A DNA stretch of 62,532 nt, the filler included, from Stramenopiles sp. TOSAG23-2 (taxonomy: Eukaryota): assembly GCA_900128395.1 (NCBI GenBank). It is 3 parts of 3 records of this genome, joined end to end, with 100 filler letters (N's around TTAATTAATTAA, not from the genome) between each part and the next. Parts side by side here need not be neighbours in the genome. Positions count along the whole stretch, not along the records: positions 30,474 to 60,817 come from LT649384.1; 2 more parts are not named here. One strand, 5' to 3'. Positions 34,001-43,881 of the stretch are shown piece by piece. Each line of letters starts with the position of its first letter. The stretch's first letter is position 1. The notes below the pieces were generated by a model that did not search any database, was not told the origin of the DNA, and was given only the letters and a program-made list of their open reading frames with translations. A program made the translations under genes and the position numbers.

Positions 34001-36171
34001 TTTGAAGATGGAGATTTGGGAGTAAAATAACCTGTCGTCGGTGATATTGCAGAAGTTAATATAAAACCATCGAAACGTTTTCGTTGAGCCCTAGTTGGCA
34101 ACTCCCCTTTATTACATCGGAATGGAATTAAATGGATTTGATCGATTCCCACTTTATATTTCCCGACTACATCTAATTTTGAACGATCTAACGTTTCATT
34201 AAGCATTTGTGCCAAAAAATCTTCTGGAAATATATGTGAATTTCCTTGACGAATGGACAACCGTTCTGCTTGCAATCCAGTACAATCTAATACACCAAGA
34301 GTAAGTGATACTTTGTCAAGTTCCGCTGCTTTCTTTTCTCCCATTTTTGAATCGAATACTTTTTCTGCTCCTTGACTCATTATATTATTTACATCTAGCC
34401 ATTCATCTTTTTTCACAGATTCTAAAGCAGCTTTTAATGCATTTTCTCTATTGACGGAAGATCCTTTTTTTTGCCAAGCAGCATCCAAACCTTTTAACAC
34501 GACATCTCCAGCGACATTTTCAACAGCACGACGTCTACCACCCTCTTTATCTTCCTTCATCATACTATCTCGCTCACGTTTAATACGTAAAATTTTTCGT
34601 TGTGCACCCCTTAACCGTTTGATCGTAGAATGTAGTTGATCCATCATCGTTCTCAAAAACCGTCGCCAATTTTTTCTCGCTTTTTCATAGGAAATTTCAC
34701 GTTTTCGAATCAATCGTTCTTTTTCTTTTTTTTCATATAATACTTTGTCTTTTTCTAATTTTGCCATTTCATTTTTTTTACTTTCCACTTCTTTCCGCTT
34801 AGTTTCTTCCACATTAATTCGTTGTTTTAAATCTTTGTAAGCAGAATTTGCATCTTCCATTAACTTCTGTTGTAATCTGTCTGATTCCATTTTCTCTTGT
34901 TCAAAAATGGATGAAGTTGCTTCTTCATCCGATGTTGTACTATTATTATTACTACTATTTCGTGAATCAGATAATAAATGTTCATTATTTCTTCCAGTTA
35001 CCATGAAGTCATCATCTACATCTATCTCTTCAGAGACGACCCCCATTGTCTTTCGTTCTTTCCGTTTTATTAATCGTTTTTCACGATCATATAATGAAGG
35101 CATTAACCCTCGCAATGCACGACGTTCGTTTCTAACAGTCTCAAATGCATCATTATGAAAATTCGAGCCTTTTATGAAATTTTCACTTAATGCATTTCGC
35201 TTTTCATGCATTCTCATTTCATCGTCTCTCGATACGGCATATAGTTCATCTATTCCTTTTTCTACTAATTTAACACGTTTCGTTGCTTGTTCTACAGAAT
35301 TTAAGAATTTTGGTGGTGCTACCCCCCGTAAACGTTCATGCCTCCATTCTGCAATTGCAACAGCTGCTTCAGCCTGTTCTAAATTTTTTCCTATTATATT
35401 TACTAAACGCTCTGCACGAGGAGTAACAATTGGTAAAAATGCTTTAGCGTATTGATAATCTTTCTCAAGAGCCACTAGGGCATCAAAAGTACTTCGTAGC
35501 TGTCGCTCAGCTTTTAATTGAAGAGCAGTCATACGTTCTATCTCAGCTCGTTCACTATTTCTTGCTAATGAAATAGATTTATTTAGTGTATCACCAATAT
35601 CTTCATCGTCATCTAAATCAAGGTTATTATTATTATTATTATCATCATCATTATCAGAATACATCCCGTTTTCTTCATCGTCACTTCGTACTCTTGTTTG
35701 CTTTAATATTGCAACAGCTTGTTCAGCAACACTAACTAGAGAACCGACATATTGGACATTTGGCAACGCAAACTGATTTCTTTTAATTAAGTCGCGGCTT
35801 TTTTCTATACCCTCCACAGCTTTGTGAATTGTTTCCAAAGCGCGTATTTCACTTCCTGTAAATTGACTACTTTGTATATTGCGAACATATTCTAATGAAT
35901 ATCCATATTCAGTAGCAATTTTTTCTGACTCTATTAATTTTTTAGTTAAGTGCCTTTCTGCTTCACCTTTTTCCTCAGCTGCTTTTGCGATTGCAGGCGT
36001 CATCATGTTGGCCTCCTCTGTTAAAACTCTCCACGTATCGGTTGCCTTTTTAACAGCATCTTGTGCAGTTAAAATCGTCCGTGCACTGCGCCTAACAAAT
36101 AACAACCCAACATCAGGATCAGCTTTGATTTCCAATATTCTATTTTCTAAATTTTTTACTATTTCCGACAT
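31048..36171 (-). CDS. Large coiled-coil protein with degenerate class-I glutamine amidotransferase-like and GDPD-like domains
   Basis: 1707-aa ORF. GATase1-like: FDGFILTS..WIAALRALL..NLVALGNGH..LSLHAIPH. GDPD-like: PKIIACGH..PTKDNMLLVL..YTLKEF..YADGICVSK..GLSVFARTF..LGVDGVISQ. Confidence 0.7.
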   Translation of the reverse strand: MSEIVKNLENRILEIKADPDVGLLFVRRSARTILTAQDAVKKATDTWRVLTEEANMMTPAIAKAAEEKGEAERHLTKKLIESEKIATEYGYSLEYVRNIQSSQFTGSEIRALETIHKAVEGIEKSRDLIKRNQFALPNVQYVGSLVSVAEQAVAILKQTRVRSDDEENGMYSDNDDDNNNNNNLDLDDDEDIGDTLNKSISLARNSERAEIERMTALQLKAERQLRSTFDALVALEKDYQYAKAFLPIVTPRAERLVNIIGKNLEQAEAAVAIAEWRHERLRGVAPPKFLNSVEQATKRVKLVEKGIDELYAVSRDDEMRMHEKRNALSENFIKGSNFHNDAFETVRNERRALRGLMPSLYDREKRLIKRKERKTMGVVSEEIDVDDDFMVTGRNNEHLLSDSRNSSNNNSTTSDEEATSSIFEQEKMESDRLQQKLMEDANSAYKDLKQRINVEETKRKEVESKKNEMAKLEKDKVLYEKKEKERLIRKREISYEKARKNWRRFLRTMMDQLHSTIKRLRGAQRKILRIKRERDSMMKEDKEGGRRRAVENVAGDVVLKGLDAAWQKKGSSVNRENALKAALESVKKDEWLDVNNIMSQGAEKVFDSKMGEKKAAELDKVSLTLGVLDCTGLQAERLSIRQGNSHIFPEDFLAQMLNETLDRSKLDVVGKYKVGIDQIHLIPFRCNKGELPTRAQRKRFDGFILTSAISPTTGYFTPKSPSSKLPNSKKDYNALSTNKRIKWIAALRALLRDMIDKKDNLVALGNGHIFLASAFPESSKICKCLEPKQLDVSSASLTTRTEKQGWDTGYLNSSFTEIGIKLFNAFSSTNGKVDEKTILIPYARDVCLKKIEETSSNFTPILTSAYVDCNNSSTSVKNKEDNDNFKIDGMICKTSNVLSLHAIPHVVPALLRERLVEIKNDIENLNTLKTNVNAPIIPSRMELQLPSHTSILSESILQFFLNIINGIDIHNIISDGNNKFGSRDILREDTNNMNEKYEEKMELVDEVFYYDKTGTIKNQSVVSVLSENLIQNAIADMVEDAPRVKKFYMNPIQQSFNEHTSMNKGQKAIQDDEGNTNNDKTSFSLKISSRVPQYLPTSPHSTFQHYTTMPKIIACGHSSKLDICSVIKQTILHNDNNNADVCDAVVIGIVPTKDNMLLVLPSHLLSKATNMFQSSEKLIGKYDKILQTRESTDENLAFSKSNIKGKDATIFDSWMNQIYDITDHPLDDVNRNELWSHDIPLLEYSNFKTKRPQKFKRIDGNIVNVAAEEDVPIYTLKEFFVMIKAALKEHGKIYDVNQGSNKSRNKNIDIWIVPILSDIYRNLNIPIEDLILKELTSDDDLILTENIGITIASHDPLLLKSMRKEQVDWQYVQIISNKMLLEDGGINKPDIDNLFNVQKYLRGISLYADGICVSKEMILEGSKANSTPIRPLIRIKDLNEAVQQMPTIVKCARFSGLSVFARTFLSDSSKLDLIYSGSNALEYKRFYALGVDGVISQNSTIASKARLKYEKEMDTTANEKSVKTARDTFSEHRYQREVDKMNINRIIDQTSPNSNKNKKKKNRTKMNPTAEAWNRREELRKENDMASSLNNVKKKKQSSITLVDYQSNNKRRYKATQKGTTINNSNSRKTRQKQDQPRPPAQAAPKFRSMSSNFNRNKKVYKQGINRIRRRNETYNRRELLEKMKVPFESDEDNQRAVGRELWSQMR

Positions 36172-36906
36172 GGTAATCTATTATTGTTATTATGATCGTA
36201 TATATATATATATATATTAGGTGACGCACAATTCTTTTCCATTCCCATACAGAATGAAAGAACAGAGAGACAGAGTGAGTGTGTGAGAGGGCAAGAGTTG
36301 CTACATTCTATATATGATGTGTTTCCATCTAGTCAGCTGATTAGCTATTATATACTTAGTATATATTCTTGCCAATTAGATGTAAAAAAATATTTCCAAA
36401 GTATAATAAATTCATATTTGTGTACTTAAACTATGCGTAGACGTAGAGTAGAATGCCCTATCCCAATCTGGCAATCTCGATTGATAAATGAAATTATTTT
36501 CGCGAAGAAATTTTTGTGGATTTCTGCAATGGTAATGCCTCGCTAAAATGAGACGTTACACAAGTTTCATCTGTGTGAGTAGTAAATGGAAAACCAAGTT
36601 CGTTTGTTGTACTCGAAGTATACTAAGAGCATCAAATCACCTATCATTATTTCAATATTGTGGGCAAAATAATCAATCGGCAAATCTAAAAGCACGTTGG
36701 ATTTATATTATATAGATTGATGTATGTGTGGATTGATTTATTTTGTATGTGCCATATTTTATTGTATGTATATATATATATATGTACGTGTGTGTAAAAG
36801 GTTCTTGTATCTCTATACATAATATAAAAAAATAATAGATAATTGTAAAAGATAATAAAAAGAAGCGGTATATATCTATATAAAAAAGACCAAAAAAAAA
36901 ATAAAA

Positions 36907-39900
36907 ATGACGGAAAATAATAATGATTATGATGTAAACTACACGGTAGATGATGACGATTTTGATATGTCATCTGAAGAGGACGATACGTTTGACGAAC
37001 ATGATTATAGCCCACGTAATATTCAAGCACAAAAAGGGAATTTAGAGAAACAAGGAACGCAAGAATTGTTAAGGCATATTGATTCAGATATGTTATTAAC
37101 CCAAGCACATCGATTATCAATAGCTCCAACGTCTGGTATAATTTCAACTAATAAAACTGCTGAAGTTACAAATAATAATAATAACAACAACAATAACAAC
37201 AACATCAATAATAATAATAATAATGCTAACAGTAGTAATAACATCAATACAGCAGTAACAGTACCAACATTGAATGTAAACAATGATAATAATTACAATA
37301 GAACAGTTCCATCCCCACCGAAAACGAAAGCAACAAATGCTAACGTATCCCCTAGCAGACTAGATCGTGCTAAACGAAAAGAGGAAGCGTTGAAAAAATT
37401 CGAAAATAAAAATATATCAAGTGAAGATAATAATACTAAATCTGGGACAAAAGCTATTGATGATGAAGAAAATTTATTAAGTGTTACAACTGAAATGTTA
37501 CAGGAAGAAGATATAATTTTAGAAAAAGCAGCTGAAGCGCAGCGTTTGGTATCAAAGGCTACGAAAATGGCAAAACGGGCTAATATTGCAATAAATACAT
37601 TGCAAATGGTTGATAAAACTGGGACATTGATCAGTTTTGATGAATTGCAAGAAAACATAGATGCTGCACTTAAAGTACGCCGTGCAAGAAAGGAACGGGA
37701 AAGACGAAAAAAAGCATCTAAATTAAAAAGTCTACCAATAGGCGAGTTTAATGTGGTTGATCTGTCTGAAATTTTAACAAGACACCCAGAAGAACAAATG
37801 CGCTTTGCATTTAAATTAGCCGATTTAAATGGGGATGGTAGAGTAACCAAAGAAGAAATTAAAGAAAGTGTGCGAAAATTTCAAGAAGATGGTGAAGATA
37901 CAGAGGAAGATTGGGCATTGAAACAATTTCAAAAAGATTTAGACACATATTTTCTATCTGGTGGTTGCAACTCCGATTATGTAGATGAATATCATTTAGA
38001 AGCAAGTAAATATGCTAATGCTGCTATTGGAGCACCTTTAAGTGTATCAATAGAAGAGTTAATTGCATTGCAACAATGGACAGATGATATTTCATTTTAT
38101 AAGAAAGTCTTTTCTAATAAATTTATAGATCGTTTATCGAAAGCATTTATCGGTGCAGCACATGAAACGACGCACATTGCTTTGCAGCCGAATGCACAAT
38201 GGGATGAAAATGCAAAAGCTCCATGGTTAGACAAAAGCATTGTAAGCTGTTCAAATGAATTGTCTGTCCAAGATGATGTTGCTGCTAATTTAAATGATAC
38301 TGATTTTCAAACAATACATTCATTGATTAAATTAATAGATATATTAAAATCAAAGTGTCGTAATCAAAATCCTGATTTTATCTATTCATATTTAAAAGAA
38401 CATTTTGAGAAAATGGATTTGACACATGCTACGTATTTAAATTCCAACGATTTCAAGCGTGTGTTAGGAAAAAATGGACATGGATTAGGGTTGGATGATG
38501 AAGATGCATTGAAAGTATTAGAAGCATATTGCGAAACAGATAATAGACATCCTGGCCATCTATTTTATCTTGAATTATGTAAATCATTGAAATCGTTAAT
38601 GGTATTTCTTGAAGATAATAACAAACAGGAAACGCTATTAGAAAAAATAAAAGAATGTGACAATGACATGGCCTTTGATCAATTTATAAATGTAAGCAAT
38701 AATACATACGATCAATGGGATTTATTCAGTGCAGTATTATGTTGTAAAGCATGGGTGTTGTTAAATTATATCAATAATGATGAAATATTATCACAAATGA
38801 TCGCACCAGACCCATCTCGTTTACCTGGTGGAGGTTCTAAAAAGCAAAACCGTAATAGCAACCAAAATAATTGCAATATACCAATCTACAACCCAATGGA
38901 AATGAGAGATCCTAGCACGAATAAATATAGCAAAGAATATCAATCTACAAACTTTAGTAATTCATTATGGAAACATCAACAAAATCGTGATTTTATATAT
39001 ATTATTGAAGGTATTGATAATGATGATAATACAGTTGGTGGTTTACGGATGAAAACAAAAACGGCGGAAGAAAACGATGTTTGCTCTGATGCAATAGTGT
39101 GGGTACGACTTTTAAGCTATATGTATGACAATCGAGCACATTTAAGAAAAGACTGTTTAACAAAAAAAGAACATGAAAAATTAGTGAAGTTGAATCGTAT
39201 GAATAACATGTCAAGAATCGGAACGAAAAAATTATCGAAGTATGAGAAGCAATTAAAGAAAGAAGCAGCATTGAAGAAGCGAAAAGAAAGGGAAAAAGCA
39301 AGATTATTAGCAAAAAATCCTGTAACATTTGTTGATCGTATGGAAACAAAATTGGAGGAGACGAGGCGTAGAAAATTGAAATTAAAACAAGCGCAAGATA
39401 AAAAAATTAAGGAAGATGCCCTTCAAAAACGAGGGGCATCACGTCCAGATACACTTGGATTTTTAAAGCGATTGCAAATGAACAAGGAATTAAAAGAGAA
39501 AAAGCGCCAAGATAAAATCAAAGCAGAAATGTTGGCATATAAAAATGCAGGACATCGCGTTAGTAAAGCAGAGAAAAAAATGAAGAATATGTCAAAATCA
39601 ATAACAAAAGAAAAGAAAGAATTGGCAAAGAAAGCATTTCTTAAATATGATCGCGATCAAAGTGGCTGGATAGATGCTTTTGAATTAAAAGTCATGGTAT
39701 CAGATTTAGGAGAACCAGTATCAGATTTAGAAGCTCAAAGATTGGTGAAAAAATTAGATACAAACAATGATGGTACCATCGGTTTTGATGAATTTATGGA
39801 ATGGTATGTATGCCGTTGTCCAGCTTGTAAATATGTTATGGAAAGAGATCCGATCCCAGGTCGTAATTATCGTAAATTTGCATTGACTACAAAGGAATGC

Positions 39901-40089
39901 GTTGAATGGGCTGAAAATAATAATGTTTTAGATTTCAATGGTGAAGGTCCATCACCAAGTATGTTGATCTGTGGTACATGTTTAGACGTTTATAAACGTG
40001 AGCAATTTATAAAACGTTTAGATGAAAGTGAACAACAACGAAAAGAGAAAAGAAAAATGCGTGATTTAGAAAAATTAAGGCGTGGCTAG
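36907..40089 (+). CDS. Multi-EF-hand calcium-binding protein with C-terminal Cys cluster
   Basis: EF loops DLNGDGRVTKEE, DRDQSGWIDAFE, DTNNDGTIGFDE; CRCPAC...CGTC; poly-Asn N-terminus; Lys-rich coiled coil. Confidence 0.85.
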   Translation: MTENNNDYDVNYTVDDDDFDMSSEEDDTFDEHDYSPRNIQAQKGNLEKQGTQELLRHIDSDMLLTQAHRLSIAPTSGIISTNKTAEVTNNNNNNNNNNNINNNNNNANSSNNINTAVTVPTLNVNNDNNYNRTVPSPPKTKATNANVSPSRLDRAKRKEEALKKFENKNISSEDNNTKSGTKAIDDEENLLSVTTEMLQEEDIILEKAAEAQRLVSKATKMAKRANIAINTLQMVDKTGTLISFDELQENIDAALKVRRARKERERRKKASKLKSLPIGEFNVVDLSEILTRHPEEQMRFAFKLADLNGDGRVTKEEIKESVRKFQEDGEDTEEDWALKQFQKDLDTYFLSGGCNSDYVDEYHLEASKYANAAIGAPLSVSIEELIALQQWTDDISFYKKVFSNKFIDRLSKAFIGAAHETTHIALQPNAQWDENAKAPWLDKSIVSCSNELSVQDDVAANLNDTDFQTIHSLIKLIDILKSKCRNQNPDFIYSYLKEHFEKMDLTHATYLNSNDFKRVLGKNGHGLGLDDEDALKVLEAYCETDNRHPGHLFYLELCKSLKSLMVFLEDNNKQETLLEKIKECDNDMAFDQFINVSNNTYDQWDLFSAVLCCKAWVLLNYINNDEILSQMIAPDPSRLPGGGSKKQNRNSNQNNCNIPIYNPMEMRDPSTNKYSKEYQSTNFSNSLWKHQQNRDFIYIIEGIDNDDNTVGGLRMKTKTAEENDVCSDAIVWVRLLSYMYDNRAHLRKDCLTKKEHEKLVKLNRMNNMSRIGTKKLSKYEKQLKKEAALKKRKEREKARLLAKNPVTFVDRMETKLEETRRRKLKLKQAQDKKIKEDALQKRGASRPDTLGFLKRLQMNKELKEKKRQDKIKAEMLAYKNAGHRVSKAEKKMKNMSKSITKEKKELAKKAFLKYDRDQSGWIDAFELKVMVSDLGEPVSDLEAQRLVKKLDTNNDGTIGFDEFMEWYVCRCPACKYVMERDPIPGRNYRKFALTTKECVEWAENNNVLDFNGEGPSPSMLICGTCLDVYKREQFIKRLDESEQQRKEKRKMRDLEKLRRG

Positions 40090-40364
40090 AAATATTATTT
40101 TTTAATTTTTAAAATATACTCCGTAAATAAATATTATTTTGTCAATATGATATCATATTATTGATGGTTAAAATCTAAAAGTTATTATATTTTTGTTATA
40201 TATACTCGCGAAGTTTGTACGAGCGTACCAATTTTTATAAAATTTAATTCACAATAATCAATTAATACACACGCACTCATTTTTGTCTGTTTACAGTTCA
40301 AAGTTCGTACGCTTCGTACACACATTTTCACACTGTATAGAGACGCACAAACAAAATTAGGACA

Positions 40365-42101
40365 CTATGAATGTTGCTTACATGGTTTCCCTGGACCAAA
40401 ATGCTTATCTCCTTTTCGTACAGGCAAACCACATAAAAAACAAAAATGCTTTCTACAAGCAAAACAATTCATATGATTATTTTTCCCTTCCTTTATTACT
40501 TCTTGTCCACAATAAGGACAGCCTTTTCGTTGAGCAGTGTGTATATTGATCCCCATTGCTTGTACGCGCCACATTCGTTCTTGTCTTACATCTTGTCCTC
40601 CCATCAAAGCATTCCAACGTTTTATTGCTTCAATTGAAAATAATTGACAACGCTTGCCTTCACCAAAATGACCATATCCAACTTGTGTAATGTCTTCACC
40701 ACATAAAAAGCAAAAATATACACCACATCTACAATGCATTTTGTTGCAACCTTCTGTTTTTTCTATATAATTTTTACAACTAGGACATTCCTTGCAATTG
40801 TTTTTCTTTAATGTCATTCTTGTTTTCTGTTCATTGATAAATTCAGTCTGTTTTCTAATAAATTCTGCCATGTCAATTCCACCACCAGATCGCTTTGCCC
40901 TTGCTTCCATTGCTTTAATTCTTTCCTCCGCTGTCATACAAATTGTACCAGGATGCCAGCTTAAACGACACAAAGAACAAAATGCATACATACATTTTGG
41001 ACATTGGGCTAAATTATCCGATTCCTCAATTACAGGGGAATTGCAATTAGGTCGTGGGCAATAAACGATATCTTGCATTGAATCTAATGTTTTTTGTAAT
41101 AAAACTTTTTCCCATCTTGCAAAATCATCTTTACTAACCAATTCTGCTATTTGCGATGGTATAATCGGTGTTGCACATTTAGGATCAGGACATATTAGTT
41201 TTTCTACAGATCCTTCTTTGATATGTAGTCGTAAATGTTCTACAACGCATTCTTTACAATAATAATGGTTACAGGCTTGAAGAAAAACATATTTTGTTGC
41301 TGGCTCTTCGCTCCAGCATATTTTACATGTATGGGTTTTTTGCATAAATAACTTATGTTCAACGTAATTATTGTATTGCAAAAGATTTCCCATTAATTGT
41401 TCTACTTTTGGTAAATATGATAAATGTTTAAAATTTTCATTTTTAGATGCATTTAAACACCAACCAGGAATTGCACGTCGATCAATATCACCATTTTTAG
41501 CAAAAAATTGTAATCTTTTTTCACGTAAATCTGCTAATGATGATGATTTTTTATTAGTATCATTGTTATTATTATTATTATTATTGTCATTTTGTCTTGA
41601 TAGAGATTCTTCTTTACCAATATTTAACTTTTTGATTTCCAAAAAATCCATCATATCGTTTTTGATCCAATCAATCCATTCAAAAATTACTACCATACCA
41701 TCACCTTGCCATATTTCATCTAATTGTATACATATTTTTTTCATTGAAGTATACGATAGCCAATCACATTGTAAAGAAAAATTTGGCTTTGCTTCGCTTG
41801 GATAATTGTATGGGAAGGATACATGTAATTTCATTGGTATTAAGTGCTGTAGGGTAAATGGTCCAGCAATTTTTTCAGTAGATAGATTACTATTGTAAAA
41901 TTCAGCTTCAATTCCTTTATCCTCATCTACTTCTACCTTGATGTTCATATGAAATGATTTTAACGACGATTCTTTATTAATGACAATATCATTTTCATAA
42001 ATAGATTGCAATACTTCCATTTCATCCATTTGATCTTGTAAATCTTCCTCACTCATTTCTTTCATCAACATCTCATGATCCTCTTCCACTAATGTCGCCA
42101 T
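40365..42101 (-). CDS. RNF14: RWD-RBR E3 ubiquitin ligase, RNF14-like
   Basis: RWD QMDEMEVLQSIY..YPS..P.F.L.C.WL; RING1 CKIC..C.H..C..C..CP...C; IBR; RING2 CPSC..IEKTEGCNKMHC; extra degenerate RING2 copy. Confidence 0.9.
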   Translation of the reverse strand: MATLVEEDHEMLMKEMSEEDLQDQMDEMEVLQSIYENDIVINKESSLKSFHMNIKVEVDEDKGIEAEFYNSNLSTEKIAGPFTLQHLIPMKLHVSFPYNYPSEAKPNFSLQCDWLSYTSMKKICIQLDEIWQGDGMVVIFEWIDWIKNDMMDFLEIKKLNIGKEESLSRQNDNNNNNNNNDTNKKSSSLADLREKRLQFFAKNGDIDRRAIPGWCLNASKNENFKHLSYLPKVEQLMGNLLQYNNYVEHKLFMQKTHTCKICWSEEPATKYVFLQACNHYYCKECVVEHLRLHIKEGSVEKLICPDPKCATPIIPSQIAELVSKDDFARWEKVLLQKTLDSMQDIVYCPRPNCNSPVIEESDNLAQCPKCMYAFCSLCRLSWHPGTICMTAEERIKAMEARAKRSGGGIDMAEFIRKQTEFINEQKTRMTLKKNNCKECPSCKNYIEKTEGCNKMHCRCGVYFCFLCGEDITQVGYGHFGEGKRCQLFSIEAIKRWNALMGGQDVRQERMWRVQAMGINIHTAQRKGCPYCGQEVIKEGKNNHMNCFACRKHFCFLCGLPVRKGDKHFGPGKPCKQHS

Positions 42102-42525
42102 ATTAATTATTTACACACACGCACTATATATATATATTCAAATATTACTGTACGAATATACACACTAGCTATTTATTATTCACTTATACGACTCTATATA
42201 GTGATAGAAAAAAGTGTACACCACCAAAGTATGTATGCAAAGTATATATGCAATAGCAATATTCAACAATATTTAGTAAATAGTCTCTATAGATTGATCG
42301 AAGAAGGCCAGAAGAAGGGGCATGTATGCAAGGCCGACGTAATAATAAGAAAAAGTACCATTTTTAATACTTTAATTAGTAATAGATAAAAAGATCAGAT
42401 AGTCGTCTAGATGGAAAACTAGAAAGATAAATATTACATTAACAAAAGTATATAATATTAAGAATCGAAACATGTATAAATATAATATTGAGAAAAGGCA
42501 TAATAATAATAATAATAAGACGAAT

Positions 42526-43725
42526 ATGTTTATAATTACTTGTTACGTAATAATAATAAATGTTCATAATGTTTTATCTGCTTCTGCTTCTTTTTCTTCA
42601 CCGTTATTGAATAATGTTATACGAATAGAGAATCTTGAAAACAATATTATAAGTATACGTGCACCAGAAGCGAAGATTGGTGGTGCAGATGATGTAATTA
42701 TAAATTTAGAAAATAACAAAGGGATAAAAGATGCAGGTTTTCGTTGCCATGCGTATGATTTACGCCCTGCTTTAAAACAAGATGTTCACGTTGTTCAAAT
42801 TAAACCTTTTGTTAGTGCTTTAACAAACGAAGCTGATGTTATTCATCATATGGATATATTTACTTGTCAACCAAGTATTGAAACGTCATTTCCAAATGGT
42901 TGGAAAGAAAGAAACGATTGGTGCGCCATGGAACAATTTATTAATGATCAGTCATGTATACAAATGATATGGGCATATGATCGTGGTGCATTAACTTATA
43001 AATTTCCACCTGAAGCTGGTATACGATTAGGTCCCACGGTTGGTTTTACACATTTAATGTTACAAATTCATTATTTATTACCAAAAGGTTATATCGTTGG
43101 GAAAGGAGATGGTTTTTTAGATTCATCTGGATTTGATTTATATACAGATGTACCACGCAACGTTGATAGTCATTTATTTGGTTTTCTAGATCAAGGTTTA
43201 TTATTACCACCACAAAAAAATAAATTTAAATTCTCCGTCCATTTAAGTTCTGTCGATTTAGCTATGTTAGTTGGTCCTGATATGGCACACTTTGGGGAAG
43301 TACAACCATTTGCTGTTCATTTACATGCACATGATCATGGAAAAGCATTATGGTTAGAACATTTTAGATTTGGAAAGAAGATTGGAGAATATGCATCGAT
43401 TGATCCTTTCCATGGATATGGGAGAGACCAGACATTTATTCATGTCCCTAAAAGTGCACCACCATTGCGACCAGGAGATAGTTTAACATTTCATTGTATA
43501 TTTGATACGAGAGATACAGATTCACCAATTAATTATGGCGTATCACATGGGGATGAAATGTGTGCTCCATTGATATTATATTTTCCACATTTAAAAGAGC
43601 ATACGGTTAATAATGTAAAAGTATGGGATGAACATATTTATAAAAAAGATGCTAGTGAAGAGAAAGTACGTAAAGTATTGAAAGAAAAATTTAGTAATTT
43701 TGAATTTCGTAATCATCATTCTTGA
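42526..43725 (+). CDS. Copper type II ascorbate-dependent monooxygenase (PHM/DBH/MOXD family), stand-alone catalytic core
   Basis: CuH ligands HHM and QIHY; CuM ligands HAH and DEMC; WAYD..FPPEAGIRLG. Likely start at 42526 giving a signal-peptide-like N-terminus (ORF open from 42472). Confidence 0.88.
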   Translation: MFIITCYVIIINVHNVLSASASFSSPLLNNVIRIENLENNIISIRAPEAKIGGADDVIINLENNKGIKDAGFRCHAYDLRPALKQDVHVVQIKPFVSALTNEADVIHHMDIFTCQPSIETSFPNGWKERNDWCAMEQFINDQSCIQMIWAYDRGALTYKFPPEAGIRLGPTVGFTHLMLQIHYLLPKGYIVGKGDGFLDSSGFDLYTDVPRNVDSHLFGFLDQGLLLPPQKNKFKFSVHLSSVDLAMLVGPDMAHFGEVQPFAVHLHAHDHGKALWLEHFRFGKKIGEYASIDPFHGYGRDQTFIHVPKSAPPLRPGDSLTFHCIFDTRDTDSPINYGVSHGDEMCAPLILYFPHLKEHTVNNVKVWDEHIYKKDASEEKVRKVLKEKFSNFEFRNHHS

Positions 43726-43881
43726 ACAAGAAAATTATGGTGGTCACGTATACACATGTTTTTGTGGAGTGTATTTGATGTGTGTGTTTAAATAATATTA
43801 TCAATATTTTATAATTTTTTATTTACTTTTAGGTTCATTTTCATTTTTTATTATTACCATCACCAGCACCATGTAGTTAGT

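Noticed and set aside
40365..40525. Extra RING2-like repeat lacking the catalytic Cys in RNF14
   Set aside because: A similar tail occurs, to my knowledge, in plant RNF14-like proteins, so it is not novel.
26043..43725. Linking the RRLL proprotein to the copper monooxygenase as a peptide-amidation cluster
   Set aside because: They lie on different contigs, the enzyme lacks PHM substrate-binding residues, no PAL domain is present, and the tail peptide ends in Cys rather than Gly.
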